Shown piece by piece: positions 37,342-47,997 of a DNA stretch of 64,000 nucleotides (position 1 is its first letter; the number at the start of each line of letters is the position of its first letter). Source of the stretch: Macrostomum lignano (Eukaryota); assembly GCA_002269645.1 (NCBI GenBank), contig NIVC01000581.1, positions 310,001 through 374,000 on the forward strand, written 5' to 3'. Made by a program: the position numbers and the translations under genes. Under the pieces are notes generated by a model. The model ran no database searches. It saw only the letters and a list, made by a program, of their open reading frames with translations, and was not told where the DNA came from.

Positions 37342-38991
37342 ATGGCAAGCTTGTCTTACGAAAACCCACCATTCTGGGTAGTTCAAGGCACAGAAACTAA
37401 CAATAGACAATGCTATGCAATATCTGTAAGGAGAATTGTGAAACCGTCACCAGCGCCTACACAGCAATTCGCGAAAGTGTTGGTGAACGTATCGTCCCAC
37501 AACACACGACACACAAAGCCTCAGCTGCTACAGGCGGAACTATTAAAGGGCCCGTTCGATAACAAGGAGGCTGCGTCTCGCGCTATGCAGTGTTGTCAAT
37601 TGCCAGACGAAACTTATTGCATCGACTTGGATTGCGATAGTTGCAGCGTGCTGCACCGAAAGATGGCCGTTGTCGAGGAGCAGATGGACAGGCTCAAAAA
37701 CGAGCTTCAAAGCGCCAAAGCGGCAGCATCTGAAAGGCGCGACTTGCTACTGAAGGAGGTGGATGCGCACAAGTCGACGCAGAGGCGCTTGGAGGTGGCT
37801 AATGCTGAGATGGATGACCTGCGCCAAGAAATTGATCGTCTCAGAACGACTGGCGAATCATCCGAATTTCAATCCAACGTTATTCGGATTATGCAAGACT
37901 TTGCCGCTCAAAGCCTTGCAACAAGCCAAACCCCAGCTTCGGTAGCTCCTGCTATTCACGCTTCCCCATCGATCGAGGTCATATCCGAGATTCTGGGAGA
38001 AGACCAACGAGTGCCGCTTCTGGCGTCCGCCCCGAACGTGACTATTACAAGAGAGCAGAAGGCAGCTATTGAGCATGCGGTCGCTGAACTCCGTCGCGAG
38101 CCGGGTGACAAGCAGTTGCGAAAGCTCACCAGACTCCTCATTCGTTCCCTTTTTTCGACCTCGGAATTGTGCGTGACTACCGTGTCTGGCATGGCCAAGA
38201 AGCAGCAAATTCGTATGCCAGCGAATTGTCATATTGTGAGGACAATTACTCAGTTCCTCACAGCTGCTTCTCCTAATCCTCTACCAGACGGTCTTTTCCG
38301 CAATTCATTCAAATATTGCTCGTTGGATGCCCGCCGGAAAAAGAAAAGGATCGATTCTAGTGCGCTAAGAAGCGGCGGGACCGATCAGTCCTCCTCAACC
38401 GAGACGAGTGCGCTAAGAAGCGGCGGGACCGATCAGTCCTCCTCAACCGAGACGAGTGCGCTAAGAAGCGGCGGGACCGATCAGTCCTCCTCAACCGAGA
38501 CGAGTGCGCTAAGAAGCGGCGGGACCGATCAGTCCTCCTCAACCGAGACGAGTGCGCTAAGAAGCGGCGGGACCGATCAGTCCTCCTCAACCGAGACGAG
38601 TGCGCTAAGAAGCGGCGGGACCGATCAGTCCTCCTCAACCGAGACGAGTGCGCTAAGAAGCGGCGGGACCGATCAGTCCTCCTCAACCGAGACGAGTGCG
38701 TTAAGAAGCGGCGGGACCGATCAGTCCTCCTCAACCGAGACGAGTGCGCTAAGAAGCGGCGGGACCGATCAGTCCTCCTCAACCGAGACGAGTGCGTTAA
38801 GAAGCGGCGGGACCGATCAGTCCTCCTCAACCGAGACGAGTGCGCTAAGAAGCGGCGGGACCGATCAGTCCTCCTCAACCAAGACGAGTGCGCTAAGTGG
38901 CGGCGGGACAATAAAAAAAGGGGAGAAGCGAACAAAGCAGCAACCTTCTCAGAGCTCAAAGAGATCAAAGAGAAATGTTCGCGAAACCTAG
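37342..38991 (+). CDS. Transposon accessory ORF3, 549 aa: coiled coil, BEN-domain-like region and 16-aa tandem repeat
   Basis: Heptad region MDRLKNELQSAK..LRQEIDRLR. BEN-like LTRLLIRSLFSTSEL..TVSG..IVRTITQFL..FRNSFKYCSLDARR. Basic C-terminus. Confidence 0.65.
   Translation: MASLSYENPPFWVVQGTETNNRQCYAISVRRIVKPSPAPTQQFAKVLVNVSSHNTRHTKPQLLQAELLKGPFDNKEAASRAMQCCQLPDETYCIDLDCDSCSVLHRKMAVVEEQMDRLKNELQSAKAAASERRDLLLKEVDAHKSTQRRLEVANAEMDDLRQEIDRLRTTGESSEFQSNVIRIMQDFAAQSLATSQTPASVAPAIHASPSIEVISEILGEDQRVPLLASAPNVTITREQKAAIEHAVAELRREPGDKQLRKLTRLLIRSLFSTSELCVTTVSGMAKKQQIRMPANCHIVRTITQFLTAASPNPLPDGLFRNSFKYCSLDARRKKKRIDSSALRSGGTDQSSSTETSALRSGGTDQSSSTETSALRSGGTDQSSSTETSALRSGGTDQSSSTETSALRSGGTDQSSSTETSALRSGGTDQSSSTETSALRSGGTDQSSSTETSALRSGGTDQSSSTETSALRSGGTDQSSSTETSALRSGGTDQSSSTETSALRSGGTDQSSSTKTSALSGGGTIKKGEKRTKQQPSQSSKRSKRNVRET
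38359..38908 (+). repeat. 48-bp coding tandem repeat, 11 full copies (SALRSGGTDQSSSTET)
   Basis: Period 48 from 38359 to 38887, in frame within ORF3. Confidence 0.95.
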
Positions 38992-39620
38992 ACAGTTTTT
39001 TGTAATATTCCCCCAGTCCGTGTACTCGTATGCTGCTGCTAATAAGCTTTACGGCTATTCGTTTTCGACTAATTGCAACTGCGTCAAACATGTGCCGGGA
39101 TTAGTGTACGGGAATCAAAATATTTTTTTAATTGTTAAATGAATTGCTGTTCCATTGTTGAAACTGTTTAAATTCAACTAGATTACCTTTGCCTTACATT
39201 TTTTGCTCCACGTTAACTTTTGTTTGAATTTAATTTGGATGACATTGTTGTTCTTTCTCTTCATCAATACTCACACTGCATTTACTATGTATAGTGTGCT
39301 TTTGGTAATCTTTTTATGTTTTTCATTGTTACGTTAAGTCGTTATATTGCATTCTCATACTGCTGTTTCCTTCTTTTTTCACTGCTACAAACTACTAGCC
39401 AATCAGCATTTTTTGCATTTACAGTGTTATAAATACACACCTAACAAACTGTTTCTCCCATTTTGTTACCCAGATCCACTACCAAACTCAAAACTCTTGA
39501 GAGAATTTTACCTTAACTTCTATTTGCTTTTAATCAGAAGTGAATAATTATTACAATGGGAAATTGTCAGCCTAAGCAATTTTCTTACAATAGGCAAATT
39601 AAACCATCAATTGTAACTTT

Positions 39621-39960
39621 TGGGAGCTTCTCACCAGAAGCGAATGGAAACATCAATGGCAACTTTTGGGAACTTATGGGAGCTTCTCAACAGAAACGAA
39701 TGGAAACATCAATGGCAACTTTTGGGAACTTATGGGAGCTTCTCAACAGAAACGAATGGAAACATCAATGGCAACTTTTGGGAACTTATGGGAGCTTCTC
39801 AACAGAAACGAATGGAAACATCAATGGCAACTTTTGGGAACTTATGGGAGCTTCTCAACAGAAACGAATGGAAACATCAATGGCAACTTTTGGTAACTTT
39901 TGGGAGCTTCTCACCAGAAGCGAATGGAAACATCAATGGCAACTTTTGGGAACTTTTGGG
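39621..39960. repeat. 56-bp subterminal tandem repeat, 6 copies
   Basis: unit tgggagcttctcaacagaaacgaatggaaacatcaatggcaacttttgggaactta at 39621, 39677, 39733, 39789, 39845, 39901. Confidence 0.95.
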
Positions 39961-40545
39961 AACTCCCTATCCCCGTACGTGTAAATTTGAAATGGTAACT
40001 TTTGGTAACTTTTCTGCCAAAAGTTACCATATTCCGGCCCTCTGATTGGCTATGTGTGTAAATGTTTCCTAACGCGTACGCCTTCCGATTGGCTGCGAGA
40101 ATGGTAACTTTTTGGTAACTTTCATAGGCAAAAGTTCCTGTAAATGTTTCCATAATTTTTCAACGGGGATTCTGTCATTTGCACTCGTCCAGTTCGGCGT
40201 GTGTGCAGGGGAGGTGCGGGGCCCGAGTGCCAGCTCTGGAAACCAGTTAGTTCTGCTGCGGCAGTGGGGCCTGGCCAACTCAGAGCAGAGCTCGTCTGAG
40301 CTCACAAACTCTCACCTTTTGTCTCACTCATCAGTCTGTGCGATGCTCTTCCAGCGTTCTGGCTAACAAAACAGCTTGAGAGCAGTTCTTAGAAAGCTAA
40401 TAATAAAACAGATGCCAACACCGGCATTTACAAAGCCGCGTCAGCCTTTCTGAGTACAGCCTGGCCTTTTTGGAAAAACCTTGCCAGCTAAAATTTATGG
40501 CGTTGATCAGATTCATTGAGTTTATGGCAGTAGGGACAATTAGAT

Positions 40546-41262
40546 TAAGGCAGAAGGGACACCCAGACTAAGGCAGTAGGGACACCCAGACTAAGGCAGT
40601 AGGGACACCCAGACTAAGGCAGTAGGGACACCCAGACTAAGGCAGTAAGGACACCCAGACTAAGGCAGAAGGGGCACCCAGACTAAGGCAGTAGGGACAC
40701 CCAGACTAAGGCAGTAGGGACACCCAGACTAAGGCAGTAGGGACACCCAGACTAAGGCAGTAGGGACACCCAGACTAAGGCAGTAGGGACACCCAGACTA
40801 AGGCAGTAGGGACACCCAGACTAAGGCAGTAGGGACACCCAGACTAAGGCAGTAGGGACACCCAGACTAAGGCAGTAGGGACACCCAGACTAAGGCAGTA
40901 GGGGCACCCAGATTAAGGCAGTAGGGACACCCAGATTAAGGCAGTAGGGACACCCAGATTAAGGCAGTAGGGACACCCAGATTAAGGCAGTAAGGACACC
41001 CAGATTAAGGCAGTAAGGACACCCAGACTAAGGCAGTAGGGACACCCAGATTAAGACAGTAAGGACACCCAGATTAAGGCAGTAGGGACACCCAGATTAA
41101 GGCAGTAAGGACACCCAGATTAAGGCAGTAAGGACACCCAGATTAAGGCAGTAGGGACACCCAGATTAAGGCAGTAGGGACACCCAGACTAAGGCAGTAG
41201 GGACACCCAGACTAAGGCAGTAAGGACACCCAGACTAAGGCAGAAGGGGCACCCAGCTCAAG
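40546..41262. repeat. 23-bp minisatellite, ~31 copies
   Basis: unit taaggcagtagggacacccaga(c/t). Confidence 0.95.
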
Positions 41263-41594
41263 GCACTGGAATACCCTACTGTCTCGAGTTTGGTATAAAT
41301 TCTTCGAGTCCAAAGAAGATCCTAAAGGATGACTAAAGTCCACCGTGTTGAGTTGTTGACTCATAGCTGCCAAGGCAAAAGTGTGACATTCTTGCAGGTC
41401 ATTCCTTCAGACGCAAAATTGTGACTAGCATGTACTAACTGGCATATGACAACTGCAATTGCCTACTTAAAGTAGGAGAAAAAGGTAGAAAGTGTAAAAA
41501 TTGTCAAAATGTTTTTTACTACCTTAAATGCTCCCAAATTTGCAAGCTTCAGTTTATAAACAGAACAGAACTTTATCCATGCAGTACGCTGCTC

Positions 41595-42228
41595 TCTGTA
41601 CGCTGTGTCTGCTCCCTGTGTCTGCTCTCTGCTTGTGTGTCTGCTCCCTGTGTCTGCTCTCTGCTTGTGTGTCTGCTCCCTGTGTCTGCTCTCTGCTTGT
41701 GTGTCTGCTCCCTGTGTCTGCTCTCTGCTTGTGTGTCTGCTCCCTGTGTCTGCTCTCTGCTTGTGTGTCTGCTCTCTGCTTGTGTGTCTGCTCTCTGCTT
41801 GTGTGTCTGCTCTCTGCTTGTGTGTCTGCTCCCTGTGTCTGCTCTCTGCTTGTGTGTCTGCTCTCTGCTTGTGTGTCTGCTCCCTGTGTCTGCTCTCTGC
41901 TTGTGTGTCTGCTCTCTGCTTGTGTGTCTGCTCTCTACCTGTTTGTCTGCTCTCTACTTGTGTGTCTGCTCTCTACTTGTGTGTCTGCTCTCTGCTTGTG
42001 TGTCTGCTCCCTGTGTCTGCTCTCTGCTTGTGTGTCTGCTCTCTGCTTGTGTCTCTGCTCTCTGCTTGTGTGTCTGCTCTCTGCTTGTGTGTCTGCTCTC
42101 TGCTTGTGTGTCTGCTCCCTGTGTCTGCTCTCTGCTTGTGTGTCTGCTCTCTGCTTGTGTGTCTGCTCTCTGCTTGTGTGTCTGCTCTCTGCTTGTGTGT
42201 CTGCTCTCTACCTGTGTCTGCTCCCTCT
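41595..42228. repeat. Composite 19/13-bp CT/GT-rich minisatellite
   Basis: units ctgctctctgcttgtgtgt and ctgctccctgtgt. Confidence 0.95.
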
Positions 42229-43208
42229 GAATTTCTTTCTCCGCATTTTCTACGCATTCCATGCATTTTCTCGGTCAATTTCCTGCGCTATTATTCAGAG
42301 GTGTCGCTTCCAGCTCGCCCGCTGAGGCTCAGCAAAGCACTGAAGCTTCTGAAGCAGTTAGTCGAACAATGGGGCAAGGAAGACGCACCAGTCACAGCCG
42401 GCCTGTTGCTACTCACAGGCAGACTGGCGCGTCCCGCCTCATCACCACGGAGCGGGTGGGGCTGCAGCTCTGAACTCTCGGCAGCCTCAAGGCGGCCGGG
42501 AAGGCCATGCAGAGTACAGCCGGCTGCGGAGCCTCAAGGCAGCGGGGCGGGGGCGGGCGCCGTCTTGCTGTCTTCCAGGAGCTGATCACCGTGGCAACAG
42601 GAGGGGCGGGGACAGAGGAGAGGGCAGAGTGGCAGAGCCGGGGACACAATGCGGAGGGGGGGGGCATTGTTTGCCTGTGAGACAGGTGGGCGAGCAGTCT
42701 GGAATTTGGCGAGCGACACTGAGGGAGACTCAGGCGTGTCTGGCAGCAGCGGGCTGGCTTGCCGAGGAATTTTCCGCATTGAGCTCCTTGGCCACTCGGA
42801 CTGCCCGGAAAGGCGGGGAATCGCAAAAATAAGCCTGGCTCGGACTCAAGAGCACCCGCCGGTGCGCAGGAAATTTTAGCAAAAAGCGAAGAACAACTCA
42901 GTTGCATTGTATATTGTATGATATTTTACAGGTCTCGAAAAACAGCTGCGGCGGCCACAGCCTCATCGATGTTCAGCTCAATAGCAGCAGCATTCTGAGA
43001 CGTTGTGCAGCGGGATCTCCGGGTTTCCAGGGCTGCCGCATGTCCTGCTCTGGCACCCGTGTTTAACAGGGGGAAGACCGTGTCTCACAGGCTGGGGCAC
43101 AGGTGCAGTAATGGTGTAGGCGCCTTCCTACCTATCTATCTATCTATCTATCATCGATCTATCTATCTATCATCTATCTATCTAATCTCCCCAGTAGAGC
43201 CCAGAGGG

Positions 43209-43922
43209 TCACTGGCCCTGGCCCTCGCTGGGCTTCACCCGGTACCAGCTGTGCATGATGACGAAGGCCACCAGGCTGGCCGGGCAGGCCACGAGCCCCA
43301 CGGCCGTCACGCCGATCATAGCGGTGCCCAGGCAGCTGCTGATGTCCAGCCGCGGGAAGGTCAGGCAGACCCAGCAGGCGTCCGTCGTCAGGCTGGCCGT
43401 CCAGACGCAAGCGACGATGACGATGGCGCGCCGACCAAAGACTCGGACGAAGACGAGCAGGGTGGTTGCTATGGCAACGGCTAAAGCGGCGGCGAAGACG
43501 GCGAAGGAGCCGCCGAGCATGGGGGAGCAGCGGCGGCGCATCATCAGCACGTCCAGCACGATGAGCGCCACGCTGTGCAGCAGGACGAGGCCGCCGCATA
43601 GCATCAGCTTGACGCGGTCCTGCAGCAGCTCGCCGACCTCCGGCAGGGCGGTGTGGCTGCAGTCCGTCAGCGTCGCCTGGCTCTTCATGCCTGACGATGT
43701 GGCGAGGTCGGCGAATCCGCCGGCTCCGGTCAGGTCGGCGGAGCTCTCAGCGATGACGCCGTAGCCCGCGAAGTCGTCGAAGTCGTCGAGCTCCTCGTCC
43801 TCGAAGCTGACGGCACCGGCGGCCGCAACGGCGGCTGCCATCGCGGGCGGCGGCGCCGGAGCCTCGTCGGCAACAGTCGCGACCGGCGACTCCGGCGTGG
43901 CGGCGGTGGGCCGGGTGAACAT
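43209..43922 (-). CDS. Orphan membrane protein with an acidic N-region and ~4 predicted TM helices
   Basis: GC3-rich frame, first in-frame ATG at 43922. Four hydrophobic segments (LMLCGGLVLLHSVALIVL; GGSFAVFAAALAVAIATTLLVFV; AIVIVACVWTASL; TAMIGVTAVGLVACPASLVAFVI). A possible donor near the end (CGG|GTGAAG) means it may continue. Confidence 0.6.
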   Translation of the reverse strand: MFTRPTAATPESPVATVADEAPAPPPAMAAAVAAAGAVSFEDEELDDFDDFAGYGVIAESSADLTGAGGFADLATSSGMKSQATLTDCSHTALPEVGELLQDRVKLMLCGGLVLLHSVALIVLDVLMMRRRCSPMLGGSFAVFAAALAVAIATTLLVFVRVFGRRAIVIVACVWTASLTTDACWVCLTFPRLDISSCLGTAMIGVTAVGLVACPASLVAFVIMHSWYRVKPSEGQGQ

Positions 43923-44439
43923 GGAGCACGGATTCGAACTCACGGCTAGCCCGGCACTACCATGGGGGCTGGAAACAGGCGAGAGACTGGGGATCTGAGG
44001 TTGGGGAAGCGAAGTCTGCAGCTCAACTTGAGCAGTCAGGCTTGAGCTCAGCAGGCAGCGGCGCACAGCCCTGCGCTCTCCGCGCTTTTTAGCCGCTTTT
44101 CAACTGTGGGAGGCCCCAGCCAATCAGCCAAGCCGTCGGGAGAGCGCCGCCATCCCGTGCCAACTGGTTGGGAAAAAGAGCCCTTCTGCAGCTCAGGAAA
44201 TTAACCCATGAAAGCTTTTGAATGCAGAAGTAGTAATATTGGTGAGAATGCGAGAGCGAAGCCAGACAGTGTACAAGTGCTTGTACACTGTACACTGTAC
44301 AGTGCTGCTCAAGTGCCTGCTGTTTTTATTACACAAATACATTTTTATTACAACCGACAGCTCAGCCGCAGCTATTGCGCAGCGCGCATCTGAAAGCTGC
44401 CTACGGCTGTTCAGTCCAAGGCCTGGAGTGGGGGCGCCA

Positions 44440-44612
44440 CACACACCCTCAGTTGCCCCAGCTAATGCTGGCACCCATTTTACAGCTGGGTTGAACTGAA
44501 GCTATGTAGAGGTAAGTGGCCTTGCTCAAGGACACTAATTGTTACGAGTAGGTTGAGAATCGAACCCCTGACCGTTCGGTCGTGAGTGCGACGCTCTAAA
44601 CACTGGGCTGCA
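44440..44612 (-). mobile_element. tRNA-derived SINE
   Basis: Minus strand: tRNA-like head cagcccagtgtttagagcgtcgcactc..aggggttcgattctc (B-box GTTCGA), then gtgtccttgagcaaggccacttacc and cccagctgtaaaatgggt, which resemble conserved central SINE domains. Confidence 0.6.
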
Positions 44613-44989
44613 ACCCCCTGCCTGCTGAACAATTGCCTGCTGTACAAGTGCCTCAAACCCACTGAGTGCTGATGCGCTAAAGCCCCTGGACTTTGACAAG
44701 CATTCCCTGACTGAGAGCTGCTGGCGAGAGGGGAGATGGGAGCGGGTAAGTGGGTGGATTTGGCCACTCATGGCTGGAGGTCTGACAAGTGCAAACCAGG
44801 GAAAAAGCCGAATTTCCTGCTGGAGACAACTCTGAGGCTGATCTCCTGAATCGCTTCATCAGATAATTGCTTCAATTTACTACATGGAAATTGCAGGTGC
44901 AATTCGCTGCTATGGCAACTGTAGAAACTCTGACTTGCGCTGATTGCTGCCCTACACAATGCTCCACTGGCACGGTATAGCCCTGCCTA

Positions 44990-45135
44990 ATCCGCCCTGT
45001 CCCTACCCTTCTCAACCCTGTCCCTACCCTTCTCAACCCTGTCCCTACCCTTCTCCACCCTGTCCCTACCCTTCTCAACCCTGTCCCTACCCTTCTCCTC
45101 CCTGTCCCTACCCTTCTCCACCCTTGTCCCTACCC
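44990..45135. repeat. 21-bp tandem repeat, ~6 copies
   Basis: unit ccctgtccctacccttctc(a/c)a. Confidence 0.9.
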
Positions 45136-45619
45136 TTCTCCGCTCTCCCCCCTTCACTACTCTGCATGCAAATTTCATAAATCCACTAAAAGCCCCAGCA
45201 ACTTTATCAGGCGCAGTCAGCATTTTCAAGCCTGGCAGGATTTTTCCAGACCCAAGCCCGCAGCGCCCGCAGCGCCAGCAGCCAGCGCCTGCCCATCCCC
45301 AGCCCAACTCTGCAAAAAGCGGAACTCTTCGCATTTCCAGTTTTCCATTTCCGGCGCTGAGCACGGGCGGCTCCGCAGGAGTCGTCCCGCACAGGATGAT
45401 TTTCTGCTTTTTACTTTTCTAAATTCACTGAGAAAAACTTTATTGCAACGAAGGCCAGCATTCTGAGCGCCGCAATGCTGAGCTGTATGATTGTGTGGAG
45501 CCCGTCTGGGGTCGCTCTGCTAAAGTGGGCCCCAGAGTTCCGTATCCGGAATGAAAAGTACCTGCTGCCACTGTTGTGCCGCCGCTGTGCCGCCACAGGC
45601 AACCAACAGATTTCATCTC

Positions 45620-45795
45620 CTACCTGTCCTTCAGGTCTGCGCTGTCTCCCTCCCTGTCCTTCAGGGCTCCGCTGTCTCCCTCCCTGTCCTTCAGGGCTCC
45701 GCTGTCTCCCTCCCTGTCCTTCAGGGCTCCGCTGTCTCCCTCCTTGTCCTTCAGGACTCCGCTGTCTCCCTCCTTGTCCTTCAGGACTCCGCTGC
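45620..45795. repeat. 30-bp tandem repeat, ~5-6 copies
   Basis: unit ctgtccttcagggctccgctgtctccctcc. Confidence 0.9.
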
Positions 45796-45992
45796 CAGAA
45801 AAACCGCACATCGTTTCCAATCCTGAGTCAGAAGTCACGGACTAAAACTTAAATGCTTTATTCAGAAAAGTTTTTTCAAAGCCTTCACAGGAATTTGAGC
45901 AGAACTTCAGCAACCGAATGGAATTCGCACAGAAACAGAAGCACTCAGTCCCGCCACTGTCAGTCAGCTGGATTCAGAGAAGTGGAGGTTCC

Positions 45993-46601
45993 TCAGGCGC
46001 CCGTGCCGCGGTCGCCAGTGACTGTGGCACCGCCGTCCGCGCTGGCGCCAACGCCGGAAGCGCCGCCGGAGCCGCTGGTGCCGAGGTCGGCCGCGCCGCT
46101 CTCACTGTTGGCGCCCCCCTCGGGGAAGGCCTGCACGGGCCGCTCCTCGGACCGGATGAGCTCCATCACGTTGCCCAGCTTCTCCCGGCTGGCCTTGTGC
46201 AGCTCCTGGCGCTGCATCTCCTTCCAGCGCCGGCGGTGCGCCTCAGCCGCCGCCGCCACGGCCGCCTCGTCGACCTCGATGATGTTGTGCGAGGAGCTGG
46301 AGGTCTGGATGATCTGGTCGGAGCCGATCTGCTTGCTGTGCAGGTAGCGGGCCGTCAGCGCCTCCTGGCAGTAGCTGTACAAGCTGAGGTCGAAGCGGGA
46401 CAGCAGCAGCTTGTACTCGGGCAGCAGACGGTCCAGGCTGTCCTTGGCCAGGCCGAAGCGCTTCTTGAGATCGTTGGGGGCCACGCCTTCCGCCTGCATG
46501 TCGGTGGCCAGGCGCCGCATGAAGGCGTCCTTGTAGTCGCTGTCCAGCTGCCCGACTTCATCAGCGGCGAGGCTCGGCTTCTTCTTAGCCTGCTGCCCCA
46601 T
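45993..46601 (-). CDS. Orphan ORF (202 aa as a single exon), helical, unknown function
   Basis: GC3-rich frame; ATG one base after a CAG acceptor; no family recognised; 3' end uncertain. Confidence 0.55.
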   Translation of the reverse strand: MGQQAKKKPSLAADEVGQLDSDYKDAFMRRLATDMQAEGVAPNDLKKRFGLAKDSLDRLLPEYKLLLSRFDLSLYSYCQEALTARYLHSKQIGSDQIIQTSSSSHNIIEVDEAAVAAAAEAHRRRWKEMQRQELHKASREKLGNVMELIRSEERPVQAFPEGGANSESGAADLGTSGSGGASGVGASADGGATVTGDRGTGA

Positions 46602-47109
46602 TCTGTGTTTACTCTTGGTTATCTGAGCTGTGCTGGCGGATTTTCATCCCGCTAGGCTTCTATCTGCATATGGGCGCAGGTTTGATCCGTCTGTCTATGG
46701 CCGAACTGCTGCTGTAGGAACTTTATTTATAACTCTGCCGACTTAGTGTGGATTAGTAGATCATCAAGAGACAACTAAAACCATGGAGGAAAGAATAGAA
46801 CCCCAGCCTCTTCTTTTCCTTTCGTTTGTTCATTCTAGTCTGTCTTCTGCCTTATCCCGCCAATGTTTTCGTTCTTTCGTATTCTAGTTGGCTGCCCACT
46901 TTTGGTTTCTCTCGTCGTTTGGGCTTGGCAGCTCATGTCTCTAGACAAGAAGACCGCTGATTGGCTAGACTTCCGGATTCCACCTTCTATCTCTCTCGCC
47001 CTTCAACTCTGTGAATTTTGCCCCCCACCCCTGCGTGGCTTGCCCACCCCCAAGCCTGAGTGGCTTGCCTCTTTGCCCCACCCCCACCCCGGCGTGGCTT
47101 TCCCCCAGC

Positions 47110-47520
47110 TTTGCACCCTCTCAATCACTCCTGCACCCTCACAATCACTTCTGCACCCTCACAATCACTTCTGCACCCTCACAATCACTCCTGCACCCTC
47201 ACAATCACTTCTGCACCCTCACAATCACTCCTGCACCCTCACAATCACTCCTGCACCCTCTCAATCACTCCTGCACCCTCACAATCAGTCCTGCACCCTC
47301 TCAATCACTCCTGCACCATCACAATCACTCCTGCACCCTCTCAGTCACTCCTGCACCCTCTCAGTCACTCCTGCACCCTCTCAGTCACTCCTGCACCCTC
47401 TCAGTCACTCCTGCACCCTCTCAATCACTCCTGCACCCTCTCAATCACTCCTGCACCCTCTCAGTCACTCCTGCACCCTCTCAGTCACTCCTGCACCCTC
47501 TCAATCACTCCTGCACCCTC
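47110..47520. repeat. 20-bp minisatellite, ~20 copies
   Basis: unit (c)aatcactcctgcaccctc(a/t). Confidence 0.95.
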
Positions 47521-47997
47521 TCCTTCCTTTCCGAAATTCAGTAATTCGATTCTAAGCCCTCTCTTATCAATTTCTCTTCCTTTTCGCCCCAAAACTCATC
47601 AATTCTTGCCGGCTTATCATAATTTACGAAATAAAGAAAACACGTTTAATTTACTTTGAGTAGTGCATATCAGATTATCGCAAGACGATTAAAATTTGAA
47701 TATATATTTTTGGTTGAACTCGTCTTGGTTCGGTGGCTGATGGGAATGAAGTGAAGGCGGCTGCGAGATGTGGCGGGCCGCCTTGCGCCAAGCAGTTATC
47801 ACTCAAAATTCGCAAGGCAGTGGCTGATTAAAGCATATTGATGCAGCATGGCCCGCGCGCCCAGGTCCCCAGACTGAATATCCCAGGCCGCTGCTGGATT
47901 AATGCATGCACTTTTCGTATTGCTAAATACCAGAGAGTTAGGCACAACTGAAGGTCAGTCGGCTAAGTCGGCCGCGCACTCGGCAATCCCAGCCTCT

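Larger units (their letters stand above)
29747..40167 (+). mobile_element. Full-length CACTA/EnSpm (CMC superfamily) DNA transposon, 10,421 bp
   Basis: TIR CCCGTTGAAAAATTATGG(G/A)AACA at 29747 and inverted, ending at 40167. 2-bp TSD GA at 29745-29746 and 40168-40169. Subterminal GG(T/C/G)AACTT motifs at both ends. Internal transposase ORF. Confidence 0.9.

Noticed and set aside
42250-43100. Exon-like GC-rich stretches on both strands
   Set aside because: Several frames are plausible, and I could not build a consistent spliced model or recognise a domain.
44550-44612. tRNA gene
   Set aside because: A B-box is present, but there is no complete cloverleaf and it continues into SINE-type sequence.
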